The notes beneath the pieces are model-generated. The model was not told the DNA's origin and searched no databases. It saw only the letters and a program-made list of their open reading frames with translations. A stretch of DNA of 64,000 nt from Myxococcota bacterium (lineage in GTDB: Bacteria > Myxococcota_A > UBA796 > GCA-2862545), in the NCBI GenBank assembly GCA_039208735.1, contig JBCCQY010000036.1:1-64000 (forward strand), written 5' to 3'. Positions 18,841 through 28,091 of this stretch are shown one piece after another; within the stretch, counting starts at the first letter, position 1, and every line of letters begins with the position of its first letter. Made by a program: the position numbers and the translations under genes.

Positions 18841-19965
18841 ATGGCATGGATGTTGTGGTGGGGATGGTTCGGGTGCGCGACGTCCGTACTGGAGGCAGAC
18901 GTCCTGTCGATTCCCTATGAGGCTCGAGTTCAGGCGGAGTTTCTCGAAGAACTGGCGGAGTCGGACATCATCACCGAAGCCCAGTCCCATGAAGGGCTGC
19001 AGCAGGTGCTTGGTCGGGTGAGCCAGGATGTAGGGAGGCCCGTGGCGCGGCCGGACCTGGAGAGGGTGTCGTCCCCGGCGGGGCAACTCACGCCTCTGCA
19101 ACGGGCCGCAGGATTCCTCACGCTGACCCACGTGCTGATGGTGTTGGCGGCGGGGGTAGGGGTGATCTGTGCGTCGATCATCGCGATGCGTCTTCCACGG
19201 TGGGGGTGGCTCGCGTTGTTGTATGGGGGAGCCACGGTCCTCACGCTGGGCGCGGGAGGGCTGCCGCGCAGCATCCAACCCTTTGTCGCGCTCGCGGGCT
19301 GTCTGCTCTTTGCGGCGGGGCTCACCGTGAGCGCGCGACTCGACGATGACGATCCGGGTCCCGTGAACTTTGGCTTGCTGACTGTGGTGAGTGCCGTCGT
19401 GGCCATCGCCTACCAGACTCCGGTCGTAGGATTCCTCGCCGTGATTTCCGCAATGTGTACCTTGGGCTTTGGGGTGTGGTTTTCGCCTCTCATGGTCGCC
19501 ATCGGGTTTAAGGACAGAGCCGATGTTGAACGCGGTACGGCCGCCGCCTTTGCGGTATTGGGGGCCTATGTGGTCCTTGAAATCGCGGGCCTCACCGCGC
19601 TTCCCCCGGTCGAGGTCTTCCGGCCCGGTGCCCTATGGATGGGGAGCTTCGTCGGATACATCGGCCTGCTACTCCTTTCCTCGCGTTGGCTGAAGTTTCC
19701 AGGCTACTGGCTCCTCAACGGCGTCACGTTGCTGGCGGGGATGGGCGCGCTTGCGGTGGGGTCGTTGTTCGGCATCTCCGAATTGCTCGAGATTGGCGGC
19801 ACGTTCTTTGTGCTCTGGATCATCGAGAAGTTTCTCGAGATCCCCCAGCGCGACATGGTTGGCTACGCGGCACAGGGTCTGGCGGTGAGTGTGGTGGTGT
19901 TTGTCGCGGCGATGTGGGCTCGAACCCACACCGATGTACTTGGCCCCTACCTGATTGGGTTTTAA
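18841..19965 (+). CDS. Multi-pass integral membrane protein of unknown function
   Basis: RBS GGAGG; roughly 10 hydrophobic segments after a short soluble N-terminal region. Confidence 0.75.
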   Translation: MAWMLWWGWFGCATSVLEADVLSIPYEARVQAEFLEELAESDIITEAQSHEGLQQVLGRVSQDVGRPVARPDLERVSSPAGQLTPLQRAAGFLTLTHVLMVLAAGVGVICASIIAMRLPRWGWLALLYGGATVLTLGAGGLPRSIQPFVALAGCLLFAAGLTVSARLDDDDPGPVNFGLLTVVSAVVAIAYQTPVVGFLAVISAMCTLGFGVWFSPLMVAIGFKDRADVERGTAAAFAVLGAYVVLEIAGLTALPPVEVFRPGALWMGSFVGYIGLLLLSSRWLKFPGYWLLNGVTLLAGMGALAVGSLFGISELLEIGGTFFVLWIIEKFLEIPQRDMVGYAAQGLAVSVVVFVAAMWARTHTDVLGPYLIGF

Positions 19966-20008
19966 GGTCCACCGTTGCATCGAGATCGTCGGCTTCGACT
20001 TCTGCGGT

Positions 20009-20629
20009 CTACCGCCGACGAAAGCGGTAAGGGCCCGCGACCGCGCCCCAAACCTGGGTCCCCGACTCGTCATAGCCTCGGTCCCAGCTATCAACTCGAT
20101 CCTCACGAATCGTCACCTCAGAGGTCGCGTAACTGGCGCCGGACAGGGAGCTACTGCAACGCTGGCCGGTGGTACCCCCGCTAAACGTTTGCTCCTTGTC
20201 GTTCCACGTCACATCGACCCCGCATCCGGTACGGAGTTCAACATCCGCGCGAGCGAACGTGGGTCGCGTTTCGCTACCACAGAGCCCGATGGCCGCTGTT
20301 TCGTCGTTCAACGTGAAGACCTTGGTGAACGCCCGCGTCGGGTCCTCCGCATCATCCTCAATCACATAAAGTCGTTGTCGATAAGGTTGATCGGCAGTTT
20401 CCAGCACGGCTTGTTCCACATACACCACCAGGTCACCGAGTTCGGGAGCTGAGACCTCACAGGTGAGCAGCTGAATCGAGAAGTATTCAGGGTTTCGGTC
20501 GGCCTGAGCACTGGAGTCGAACTCTCCAACCAGGAAGTCGTTCAGCGTCTGGGCGAGGTCAACCTCTGCGGGTGGCGCTTCCTGTGGGGTGCACGCCCAT
20601 CCAAGACCAAGGAGCAGCAAACGGGTCAT
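20009..20629 (-). CDS. CpcT/CpeT chromophore-lyase-like lipoprotein
   Basis: GEFDSSAQA, YVEQA..QPYRQRLY, GASYATSEV, SWDRGYD..QVWG..GPYRF; lipobox LGWAC; RBS GGAGG. Confidence 0.85.
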   Translation of the reverse strand: MTRLLLLGLGWACTPQEAPPAEVDLAQTLNDFLVGEFDSSAQADRNPEYFSIQLLTCEVSAPELGDLVVYVEQAVLETADQPYRQRLYVIEDDAEDPTRAFTKVFTLNDETAAIGLCGSETRPTFARADVELRTGCGVDVTWNDKEQTFSGGTTGQRCSSSLSGASYATSEVTIREDRVDSWDRGYDESGTQVWGAVAGPYRFRRR

Positions 20630-20665
20630 GGGTCCTCCAAGACGCGACATGTACCACGCGAAGGC

Positions 20666-21889
20666 TCATCTCGAAGCGTTGCGTAGCGATGAGGCCAGGT
20701 TGCCCTTCGTCGCAATGACGATCTCGGTAAGCCCTAACCAAGCGGCAAAGCGCTCGAGTTCGCTCGCCAAACGTCGACTCACTTCGGTGTTGTCTGCTCC
20801 CGCCTCATGGAACGCCGATTGAACCAGCAATTGGCCAGCCTTTCGGTCGGCCTTCGCGTCGACGCGAGCCACGATTCGGCCGTCCATGAGGAACGGAAGG
20901 ACGTAGTAGCCGTAGACCCGTTTTGCTTTGGGCACGTAGATTTCGATCCGGTAGTGGAAGCCGAACAGGCGTTCGGTACGGTCGCGGCACCACACCAAGG
21001 GGTCGAATGGGCTCACGAGCGTAGCTCCTTCGATGCGACGAGGGTGGCTCGCGTTCGGATCGACGTAGACGGGTCCAGCCCAGCCGGGAACCTCCACCTC
21101 ATCGATCACGCCGGTCTGGGCCAGCTCAGCGAGGAGCGGTCGTGCGGTGGGGGCGTGGAGGCGGAAGTAATCGATGATGTCGTTTGCCGTCCCAATGCCG
21201 TGGTGCCGTACGGCATCGGTGAGCAGGGTGCGCATGGCCTCCGGCTTGGGAATCGTACCGACGGCTAAGACGTCTTGGGGGATCATTCGTTTTGGGAGGT
21301 CATACAGCCGTACGAAATTCTTCGTGCGCAACGCACTGACTTCGCCGGCGGCAAAGAGGACCTCTAACGCGGTCTTACCGGGGCCGTAACCCCACCATGG
21401 TTTGTTTCGGGCCCGAGGCATATCGAGGTCTCGAACCGTGAGAGGGCCATGGTCTTGGACCTGGCGGCGCGTGGTCTCGAGGAGTTCTGGGTGCGCATCG
21501 AACAGCGCCTGGGCGCGTTTCCAAGGTTGGGCCTCCGCCATCTTCCATCGCCACAGAGGGTAGCGGTCAACGGGCAAGACGGCCGCCGCATGGCACCAGT
21601 ATTCGAAGTGTTCCCCCGAGGTGTTGAGCCATCGATCCAGTGCGGCTTGGTCGTAGGGTCCAAGTCGACTGTAGAAGGGCATGTAGTGAGTTCGCGCACA
21701 CACGTTGACGGAATCGAGCTGCAGGAGCCCCACCGTTTGCATCGCACGACGAAAGTGTCGAACGTCGAGCCGTCGCGTGGGAGGGCTCGTGGCCAAGCCT
21801 TGGGCTCCCAATGCGATGCGACGAGCTGCCTCGACCGAGATGGTCTTCAACCAGATACCCCCTTGCTTTCTTGCGGGGTACCGTATCAC
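20666..21889 (-). CDS. ycaQ: Crosslink-repair DNA glycosylase, YcaQ/AlkZ (HTH_42) family
   Basis: ARRIALGAQGL, LLQLDSVNV, SRLGPY, FEYW, SPFDPLVW..RTERLFGFHYRIEIYVP..RVYGYYVLP. Start may be TTG 21850. Confidence 0.9.
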   Translation of the reverse strand: MIRYPARKQGGIWLKTISVEAARRIALGAQGLATSPPTRRLDVRHFRRAMQTVGLLQLDSVNVCARTHYMPFYSRLGPYDQAALDRWLNTSGEHFEYWCHAAAVLPVDRYPLWRWKMAEAQPWKRAQALFDAHPELLETTRRQVQDHGPLTVRDLDMPRARNKPWWGYGPGKTALEVLFAAGEVSALRTKNFVRLYDLPKRMIPQDVLAVGTIPKPEAMRTLLTDAVRHHGIGTANDIIDYFRLHAPTARPLLAELAQTGVIDEVEVPGWAGPVYVDPNASHPRRIEGATLVSPFDPLVWCRDRTERLFGFHYRIEIYVPKAKRVYGYYVLPFLMDGRIVARVDAKADRKAGQLLVQSAFHEAGADNTEVSRRLASELERFAAWLGLTEIVIATKGNLASSLRNASR

Positions 21890-22008
21890 TGTTCAGGGGT
21901 GGTTGGCTCGCGTTCGACGGACCCAAGGAGCCACCAGAGCAACCCTACGACAGAGGTGCGACGGACGGCCTCTGCACGACGTCCTAGTGAGGTGTCCGGA
22001 GGCATCGT

Positions 22009-22569
22009 ATGGCACTTCGACGAACTGGAACGGCACTCCGCTGCATGGAGTGTGGCCAACCGCTTGTGCGCCGAGGACGTCGAGGCCCCCTGCCTCAGCG
22101 CTGCCGGGGGTGTGATGGGTGGGTGCGACGGGAGCGCATGCGTCGACGGCGGCGACGGGCACGGCTCGAGGTCCGCCGTGCCCAGAAACGCCGTTACGAC
22201 CGTGAAACGAAGCCCCTGCGCCGGGTGCTCGATTGGGCGCTTGCCCACGGCTACCTTAAGGTTCGCGTCACCATCGCTGAACTCAGAGACACGCATCCGC
22301 GGTTTCGGCGCAGCTTGCAAAGGCCTGTGGTCGCGGCCTACCGAGCGGCTCGTCGCGGGGGTCGTTGTCGGGCGGGCTTTGAGGTGCTGCGAATCATCCT
22401 ATTGGAAGCAGGCGTTGCCAAACGTGCTTTGTCCGAAAACGCCCGGGGGGCAGTTTTGGACGGGGTCTGCAGTGTCGGTCCCGGATGCGACCGAGGGAAT
22501 GGGGGTTGGCTCGACGTCAGCAAGGTCGCCGTTGCACGCGATGAACAGCCCCATCAGCAATATGTGTAG
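22009..22569 (+). CDS. Arg-rich hypothetical protein with N-terminal zinc-ribbon-like CxxC..CxxC
   Basis: GGAGG 6 nt before ATG; CMECG..CRGC; fills the gap and ends 5 bp from the convergent gene. Confidence 0.5.
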   Translation: MALRRTGTALRCMECGQPLVRRGRRGPLPQRCRGCDGWVRRERMRRRRRRARLEVRRAQKRRYDRETKPLRRVLDWALAHGYLKVRVTIAELRDTHPRFRRSLQRPVVAAYRAARRGGRCRAGFEVLRIILLEAGVAKRALSENARGAVLDGVCSVGPGCDRGNGGWLDVSKVAVARDEQPHQQYV

Positions 22570-22574
22570 CGCTC

Positions 22575-23441
22575 TCATGGATCTTTCCGACAGGCCAGGT
22601 ACTGCACGTACGGAATGACGTCTGACGTCGCGGCCGTCGTTGAAGTGGTCGCAGGGATGTTGATCGAGTGGTCGTGAGCACCGCTTTCGCTGGTGTAAAA
22701 GTCCGCCTGGCTGTCTGCGGGAAGCGCCACCACGAACGTCGCTTGGTTGCCAGTGGGGGCGGGACCCAACGGCTCGACACCTCCGCTACTGCTCCACGTC
22801 TCGTTGCCATTGCGGAGCCATTGGTGACTGTGGGCTCCGTCAAAGGCAGTGTTGGTCGATGCCGGGTTGACGACGTGGGTATGGGTCCGATCTTCGAGGT
22901 CGCCAAGCGCGGTGCCCACCGTGCCCGCCAACGCACCCCCTGAACCGGTCAACCCGACGATGGTTCGTCCTCGAGTGGCGGCCACTTCGCTCCATCCCAT
23001 CGGACAGCTGGCGGTGTTGAAGAACACCACGGCATCACGTGGCACCTCACTGACGTTCGCGACGTCTTGTTGTACGTTCGCAACGTCTTGGGCAAGTCCG
23101 CTCAGCATCTGTATCTGCTGCTGTACGGCCATCAGGTCTTGGCGTAGGGTGTTGAGTCCCTGTTCGAGGGTGCGGATTTCTCCTGCCGTTTGAGCCGCAG
23201 TCGCCACGTCTTCTTCGAGGTCGGTAATGGCCATCGTGTGATGGTCGAAATTCGCATTGATTTCGTCGGCGACGATGGGGTCACCATCGACAAAGGCGTA
23301 GGGCACGGCATCCAACGCATGGGCGACCCATGGTGTGGCAACGGCAAGGACGACTCCACCGATCACGGTCCGTCGACGGCCTCGTGCGCGAGCGGCCTCG
23401 AGGCGTTGAAGACGGCGGACCACGTTGTCGGTCTCGTGCAT
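22575..23441 (-). CDS. Secreted/membrane-anchored protein with coiled coil and phage tail-collar/needle-like C-terminal domain
   Basis: RBS AGGAGG; hydrophobic segment ending AHA; F.DG.PI.A.E.NANF; heptad region; VPRDAVVFF..CPMGW..RGRTIVG; HTH, GAHSH and GAHDH motifs; PYVQYLACRK. Confidence 0.8.
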   Translation of the reverse strand: MHETDNVVRRLQRLEAARARGRRRTVIGGVVLAVATPWVAHALDAVPYAFVDGDPIVADEINANFDHHTMAITDLEEDVATAAQTAGEIRTLEQGLNTLRQDLMAVQQQIQMLSGLAQDVANVQQDVANVSEVPRDAVVFFNTASCPMGWSEVAATRGRTIVGLTGSGGALAGTVGTALGDLEDRTHTHVVNPASTNTAFDGAHSHQWLRNGNETWSSSGGVEPLGPAPTGNQATFVVALPADSQADFYTSESGAHDHSINIPATTSTTAATSDVIPYVQYLACRKDP

Positions 23442-23614
23442 GGGAACCTCCTGTCGAGCACGTGGACTCCTTTTGTCAGCGCGCCGGGTCACGGCATCTG
23501 GGCACGGTGGTCCGTTCGGACGTCCCGTGGAAGAGGAAGGTGAAAACCCCATCTTTGTGAATCTGGCACGGCTCGCTCGTCGGACCGTCCCATGGTCCGT
23601 TAAGCTTCGAATTC

Positions 23615-26290
23615 GTGGAACCCATTGGTCTGCTGCATCTTGGCTCGTTTTCGGTAGACCTTGGCGCGCAATGCGTAAGGTCACCGAGCGGTGAGGAGCG
23701 CATTTCCAAGCTCGAGGCCGATTTGCTGGCCTACCTCGCTTCGCGTCGCGGAGAGACGGTCTCACGCAAGACGCTGCTGACCGAAGTGTGGGGCTACCAT
23801 GAGCGTGCGGTCACCCGAGCGGTGGACCACTCGGTGGCGCGCTTGCGGCGGAAGATCGAAGAAGATCCTTCGAAGCCAAGGTGGCTGCTCTCGATTCGTG
23901 GAGCCGGGTACCGCCTGCAGTCGGCAACCGCAGAAGCTCCCCTGGAGCGTGACTCCCCGAGGTCGGATTTCATCGGGCGCGAAACCGACCTGGCGGGCTT
24001 GGCGGAATGGACGGCGACGCCTGGCCTCGTCACCATCCACGGCCCCGCGGGCGTCGGGAAGACCCGCCTGTGTCGTGAATACGTCCGATCGGTGACCCAT
24101 GACCGGGTGGCTTTCGTTGAATTGCGGGGGACCCGGTCTGCCAGCGATGTGGAGGAAGCTGTTGCGCGCGCCTTGGAGGCAGACTTGCCGGCGGCGGAGG
24201 GGGCTGCGCCATGGCTTGCGCTGGTGTTGGCGCATCGGGCGTCGCAACAGCGGTTCGACCTGATCCTCGACAACGCGGAGCACGTGCTTGAGCCGGTTCA
24301 AATCCTCCTTCGTGCAATTCACGATCGGACGCTGAACACGGGCCTTCGCGTGGTGGTGACGTCTCGCCGTCCTCTGTCGCTTCCGCACGAACGGAGGTTT
24401 TTGCTGAAGCCGCTCCGACCCGCAAGTGCGGCGGACCTCTTGGTGATTCGGGCACGCCAAGTGCGGTGGAACTATGCCCCGGACGACCGAGAGCGCCTGC
24501 AGTCGCTCGCTGTCGAACAGCTCGATGGACTGCCGTTGGCCATCGAACTCGCGGCGAGTCGCCTGGCTCACTTCGGGGTCGACCGCTTGGTCGACCAACT
24601 GAGCGACCGGGCCAAGGCGCTGCAGGGACGGCGCGGCGATGCGCTGTGGGAGAGTCTTGACGCCGCGCTGGCGTGGTCATGGCAGGGGTTGGACCCCGCC
24701 GACCGGCAGGCCATGAGTGCGTGTGCGGTGTTCGAGGGGAGTTTCGGCGTGGACGCTGCCGAGCACGTCATGGGGGAAGAGCCCACCGGTCGACTGCTGG
24801 CCTTGGTGGACCAAGGGATGGTCCAACGTGAAGATGAGGATTCCGTAGAACCAAGGTTTTCGCTGTTGGTGTCGGTGCGCGACTTTGTGACCCGGCACGC
24901 CCCTGCGACCGACGAAATCCGCACGCGACATCGGTTCTGGTTCGCCGAGCGGATCGCGCCGTTGCACGAGCGCTTCGATGGCCCGTTGCGGGCGTTTGCG
25001 ATGACGGAGCTGGAACAGGAAGCGCGCAATCTGCGGAGTGCCTTTCAACAGGCCGTTGAGGCGAGGGCACCCGCCCATACGGCGGTCTTGGGGGCAGCCC
25101 TCGGCACGGTTGCACTCTCGGTTGGGCGACCGGCCCGCGATTTGGCCCTACTGCAGGACGCCCTTCGGGGGCTCGAACCGCAAGACGAGGCGACGGCCTT
25201 CCTGGCCCTGGTCGTGGCCGCCTGTCTGGCCGACGCGGAGCGGCCCCAACCGGCCCTCGACATTGTGCATTACCAGTTGAATGCCGCTCCCCACTATCGG
25301 GGACGCCTCTTGGCCATGCGGGCGCGTCTTGAGGGCGAATTGGCCGAGATGGAGGTGGCAACAAGCACGGCGCAACGTGCGCTCGAGGAGTCCGGGGACG
25401 ACCCGTTCGCGCGAGGGACCGCCCTTCAAGTGCTCGCCCACTTGGAGGGCAGCCGAGGCTCGCTGGAAGCGGCTCAACAATACGCCCAGGCCGCGGTGTC
25501 GGTCGCGCAGGATGCAGACCTCCCCGTGCTTCGGGTCAGCGCGTTGTGGGTGGCCATCAATACGGGAATTTTGCAGGGAAATCTTCGGTTGGCTCGCGAT
25601 CGAGCGATCGAAGCCTTGGCCCTGGTTCAAGATTATCGAATTCTAGACTACGAGCCTCCATTACGGAGCTTGCTTGCCGAGACGGTGCTCGGCCTTGGGG
25701 AACTCGAGGAGGCGGCTCGGTTGGTCGTTGAGGCATCGGACCTTGCGTTAAGCCGTGGGCCGTCGAATGTTGCGTTTTCGGCCTGCCTGCTCGAAGCCAG
25801 CCTGCACATCGAGATGGGTAATCTGTCCGACGCCGAACGAGCCCTCGCAGCGGTGGCCGACTATCCTCGGCAACCCTCGCAGCATGGCTTTTGGGACTTG
25901 CGCAAGGCTCAGCTTTGCTTGGCGCAGGGCGATCGGGAGGCCGCGGCGGCGCGAATTCGCGACGCATTGCGTCGGACTGAGGAGCAGCCCGCGGCAAACC
26001 TCGGGACTCGAGCGGAGGCCCTCGTGATTCAAATGGCCTTGCTTGTTGAGCAAGACGACGTGGCTGCGCTGCGCGAGGCTCAAGCAAAACTCCGAGAGGT
26101 GGTCGCGGACCGCGACACCCCGTCCAATGCCATGCTTTTGCGGATGGGCGACATCTTCCTATTGCAGGCCAGGGAGCGACGACTCCGCGCCGAGGCCGAT
26201 TCCCTGCGCGTAGCGTGGGAGCAGGCCGCGGAGGCCTTTGAAGAGGCGCCACGCGGGTCCAAGCGGCTGTGGCGCCTCACGCGCTTATGA
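23615..26290 (+). CDS. Winged-helix + STAND/NB-ARC-like ATPase + TPR regulator
   Basis: LLTEVWGY..VDHSVARLRRKIEEDP..RGAGYRL; FIGRE; GPAGVGKT; LILDNAEH; VVTSR; LDGLPLAIELAA; FAMTELEQEARNLRSA. Confidence 0.9.
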   Translation: MEPIGLLHLGSFSVDLGAQCVRSPSGEERISKLEADLLAYLASRRGETVSRKTLLTEVWGYHERAVTRAVDHSVARLRRKIEEDPSKPRWLLSIRGAGYRLQSATAEAPLERDSPRSDFIGRETDLAGLAEWTATPGLVTIHGPAGVGKTRLCREYVRSVTHDRVAFVELRGTRSASDVEEAVARALEADLPAAEGAAPWLALVLAHRASQQRFDLILDNAEHVLEPVQILLRAIHDRTLNTGLRVVVTSRRPLSLPHERRFLLKPLRPASAADLLVIRARQVRWNYAPDDRERLQSLAVEQLDGLPLAIELAASRLAHFGVDRLVDQLSDRAKALQGRRGDALWESLDAALAWSWQGLDPADRQAMSACAVFEGSFGVDAAEHVMGEEPTGRLLALVDQGMVQREDEDSVEPRFSLLVSVRDFVTRHAPATDEIRTRHRFWFAERIAPLHERFDGPLRAFAMTELEQEARNLRSAFQQAVEARAPAHTAVLGAALGTVALSVGRPARDLALLQDALRGLEPQDEATAFLALVVAACLADAERPQPALDIVHYQLNAAPHYRGRLLAMRARLEGELAEMEVATSTAQRALEESGDDPFARGTALQVLAHLEGSRGSLEAAQQYAQAAVSVAQDADLPVLRVSALWVAINTGILQGNLRLARDRAIEALALVQDYRILDYEPPLRSLLAETVLGLGELEEAARLVVEASDLALSRGPSNVAFSACLLEASLHIEMGNLSDAERALAAVADYPRQPSQHGFWDLRKAQLCLAQGDREAAAARIRDALRRTEEQPAANLGTRAEALVIQMALLVEQDDVAALREAQAKLREVVADRDTPSNAMLLRMGDIFLLQARERRLRAEADSLRVAWEQAAEAFEEAPRGSKRLWRLTRL

Positions 26291-26338
26291 GCGACGAACC
26301 GCTCCATGTCGCAGCTCTGTCGCATCGAAGGCCTCTGG

Positions 26339-27877
26339 CTATGCCTCAGGGCAGGACTGACCTGAGTCGGCGACGCGGGGGTCCGTGCCGGAGCCGATCT
26401 CGACGCCGTCGTCGATGCAGTCATCGTCGGTGTCTCGGTCCACGGGCGAGGTCTTGTGCTCACGCACCTCGATCGCGTCGAGGATGGAGTCACCGTCGGT
26501 GTCCGCGCTATTCTCGTTTGAGCCGATGGCCAGTTCTTCACGCTCGCCAAGCCCGTCGGAGTCTCGGTCTGCGTAGTACATCAGATGCAGCACGTCGCCC
26601 GACTGAAGCGAGATTTCGTTGAAGTCGAGCGGCGGATCGTCGGGCCCGGAGAACTCCAGGATGTCATTGACCCCGTCGGTCGTCTGATGGATGACTGCCC
26701 AGAACCCACCGATGGTCTGGTTGCGGTCCACCTCCCGGATCGATTCGAGTTCGCCCGCTTCGTTGATGGTGTAGGGCACCCGCAGAATGTCGGCCATCGC
26801 CTGTCGGGCATTGATCCGCAGCCGGGACTCGTCGATGTTGGTCGACACGGAATACCGCTCGATGGGCCGGCCTGGCCCAAAGTCCAAGAGGATCGTGGCC
26901 GTCTTTGCCTGAACCTCGGTTTGGTTGTGGCTGAAGGCCTGGCCGTTTTCATTGACGAGTTCGTACGCGGTGATACGAATGTCGAGGTTCGAGGCATCTT
27001 CCGACAGTGCCTGGATGGTACCCGTGCCCAGGCGGTCATTCGAAAAGATCAACTGATCGATCCGCTGTCCGGGCGCGAAGGTGATGGGGTCGAGGTCGCC
27101 GTCGCTCGAATCGAAGTCCAAGTTCCCGATCGGACGCAAGATCTCCTGCTCGGTCGGCGTCGTCATGAGGGCCGACAGAATGACGCTTTGGAGGGTGAAG
27201 CTGATGTCTCCAGCATTGTAGATCTCGGTGGTGACCGCGAGGCGCCCTCCGTCGAAGGTCGATTCCTCGCTGATGGCGTTGCTTAGGGATTCCGAGAACG
27301 TCTGCTCCTTCGACTGACTCTGTTCGCGGCTAAATGAAAACGAGGATTCCTGGGTCGTGGCGACCGACGTTTCGAAGAACACGGTGGCCTCCACCGAGCT
27401 GCCGAAGCTGGGGAAGCCAATCTTGGCCCCGACGGTGACGGAACCACCAGTAGAAATGCCGAACTCGACGGCATGGCTTTGCGTAGAGGTGTTGGAGGTG
27501 CTCACCGTCTCGCCGAAGGTGTCGGAGTTTCCGATCGTCTCGGTGATCTCTTCACCGATGGACGAGGTGAAGAAGGCCTCGATCTCGGGAGGGCTCGTGA
27601 CTTCAACCCCGATCTTCGGTACGTCGGCGATGAGAGGATTGAACTTGAAGTTATTATTTTCAGGGGAAAAGCCGAATTCGACGATTTCCTGGAAGTCGGA
27701 AAATCCGTCCCCGTCGCTATCGGCGAGGTGAACGGCGGTACCGAAGTCGAACTCCTCACAGTCGAGGAGGCCGTCTTCGTCGGTGTCGGCGTCCGGTGCA
27801 TGCGGACAGACTTCGGAGTTGTTCGTGCACGCCGTCGTGAGGCCAGCCAAGACCAAATGGACAAACGCAAATCGCAT
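26339..27877 (-). CDS. Lipoprotein homologous to the binary-toxin B component / anthrax protective antigen pore-forming core, with Ca-binding DxDxDG repeats
   Basis: RBS GGAGG; lipobox LTTAC; DTDEDGLLD..SDGDGFSDFQE; NPLIADVP; long Ser/Thr-rich segment; RLAVTTEIYNAGD; VQAKTATILLD..IERYSV; terminal DTDGD-type repeats. Confidence 0.75.
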   Translation of the reverse strand: MRFAFVHLVLAGLTTACTNNSEVCPHAPDADTDEDGLLDCEEFDFGTAVHLADSDGDGFSDFQEIVEFGFSPENNNFKFNPLIADVPKIGVEVTSPPEIEAFFTSSIGEEITETIGNSDTFGETVSTSNTSTQSHAVEFGISTGGSVTVGAKIGFPSFGSSVEATVFFETSVATTQESSFSFSREQSQSKEQTFSESLSNAISEESTFDGGRLAVTTEIYNAGDISFTLQSVILSALMTTPTEQEILRPIGNLDFDSSDGDLDPITFAPGQRIDQLIFSNDRLGTGTIQALSEDASNLDIRITAYELVNENGQAFSHNQTEVQAKTATILLDFGPGRPIERYSVSTNIDESRLRINARQAMADILRVPYTINEAGELESIREVDRNQTIGGFWAVIHQTTDGVNDILEFSGPDDPPLDFNEISLQSGDVLHLMYYADRDSDGLGEREELAIGSNENSADTDGDSILDAIEVREHKTSPVDRDTDDDCIDDGVEIGSGTDPRVADSGQSCPEA

Positions 27878-28091
27878 GACAAGGTCCTCCTTTCTTCTCG
27901 TGAAGCAGGAGTAGAACGTCCGACCCTTAACCGCGACTTAATTAGGGTTGGACCAAACGAGATGCCGTACAGGTCCGTCGTCAGCCATGGTTCAGCCCTG
28001 GGAGGCGCCATCGACGCTTAATCGGCATTAATCGAGGTTTGAACATGGTGGGGGGTTGGCTACTCGATGGCAGATGCTAACGGGAGTGGTC

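Noticed and set aside
21449..22618. 389-aa plus-strand ORF
   Set aside because: Overlaps ycaQ antisense and has no RBS or motifs; the ORF at 22009 is better supported.
22575..23441. Prophage remnant
   Set aside because: No other phage genes, integrase or att-like repeats, and the protein has an export-like N-terminus.
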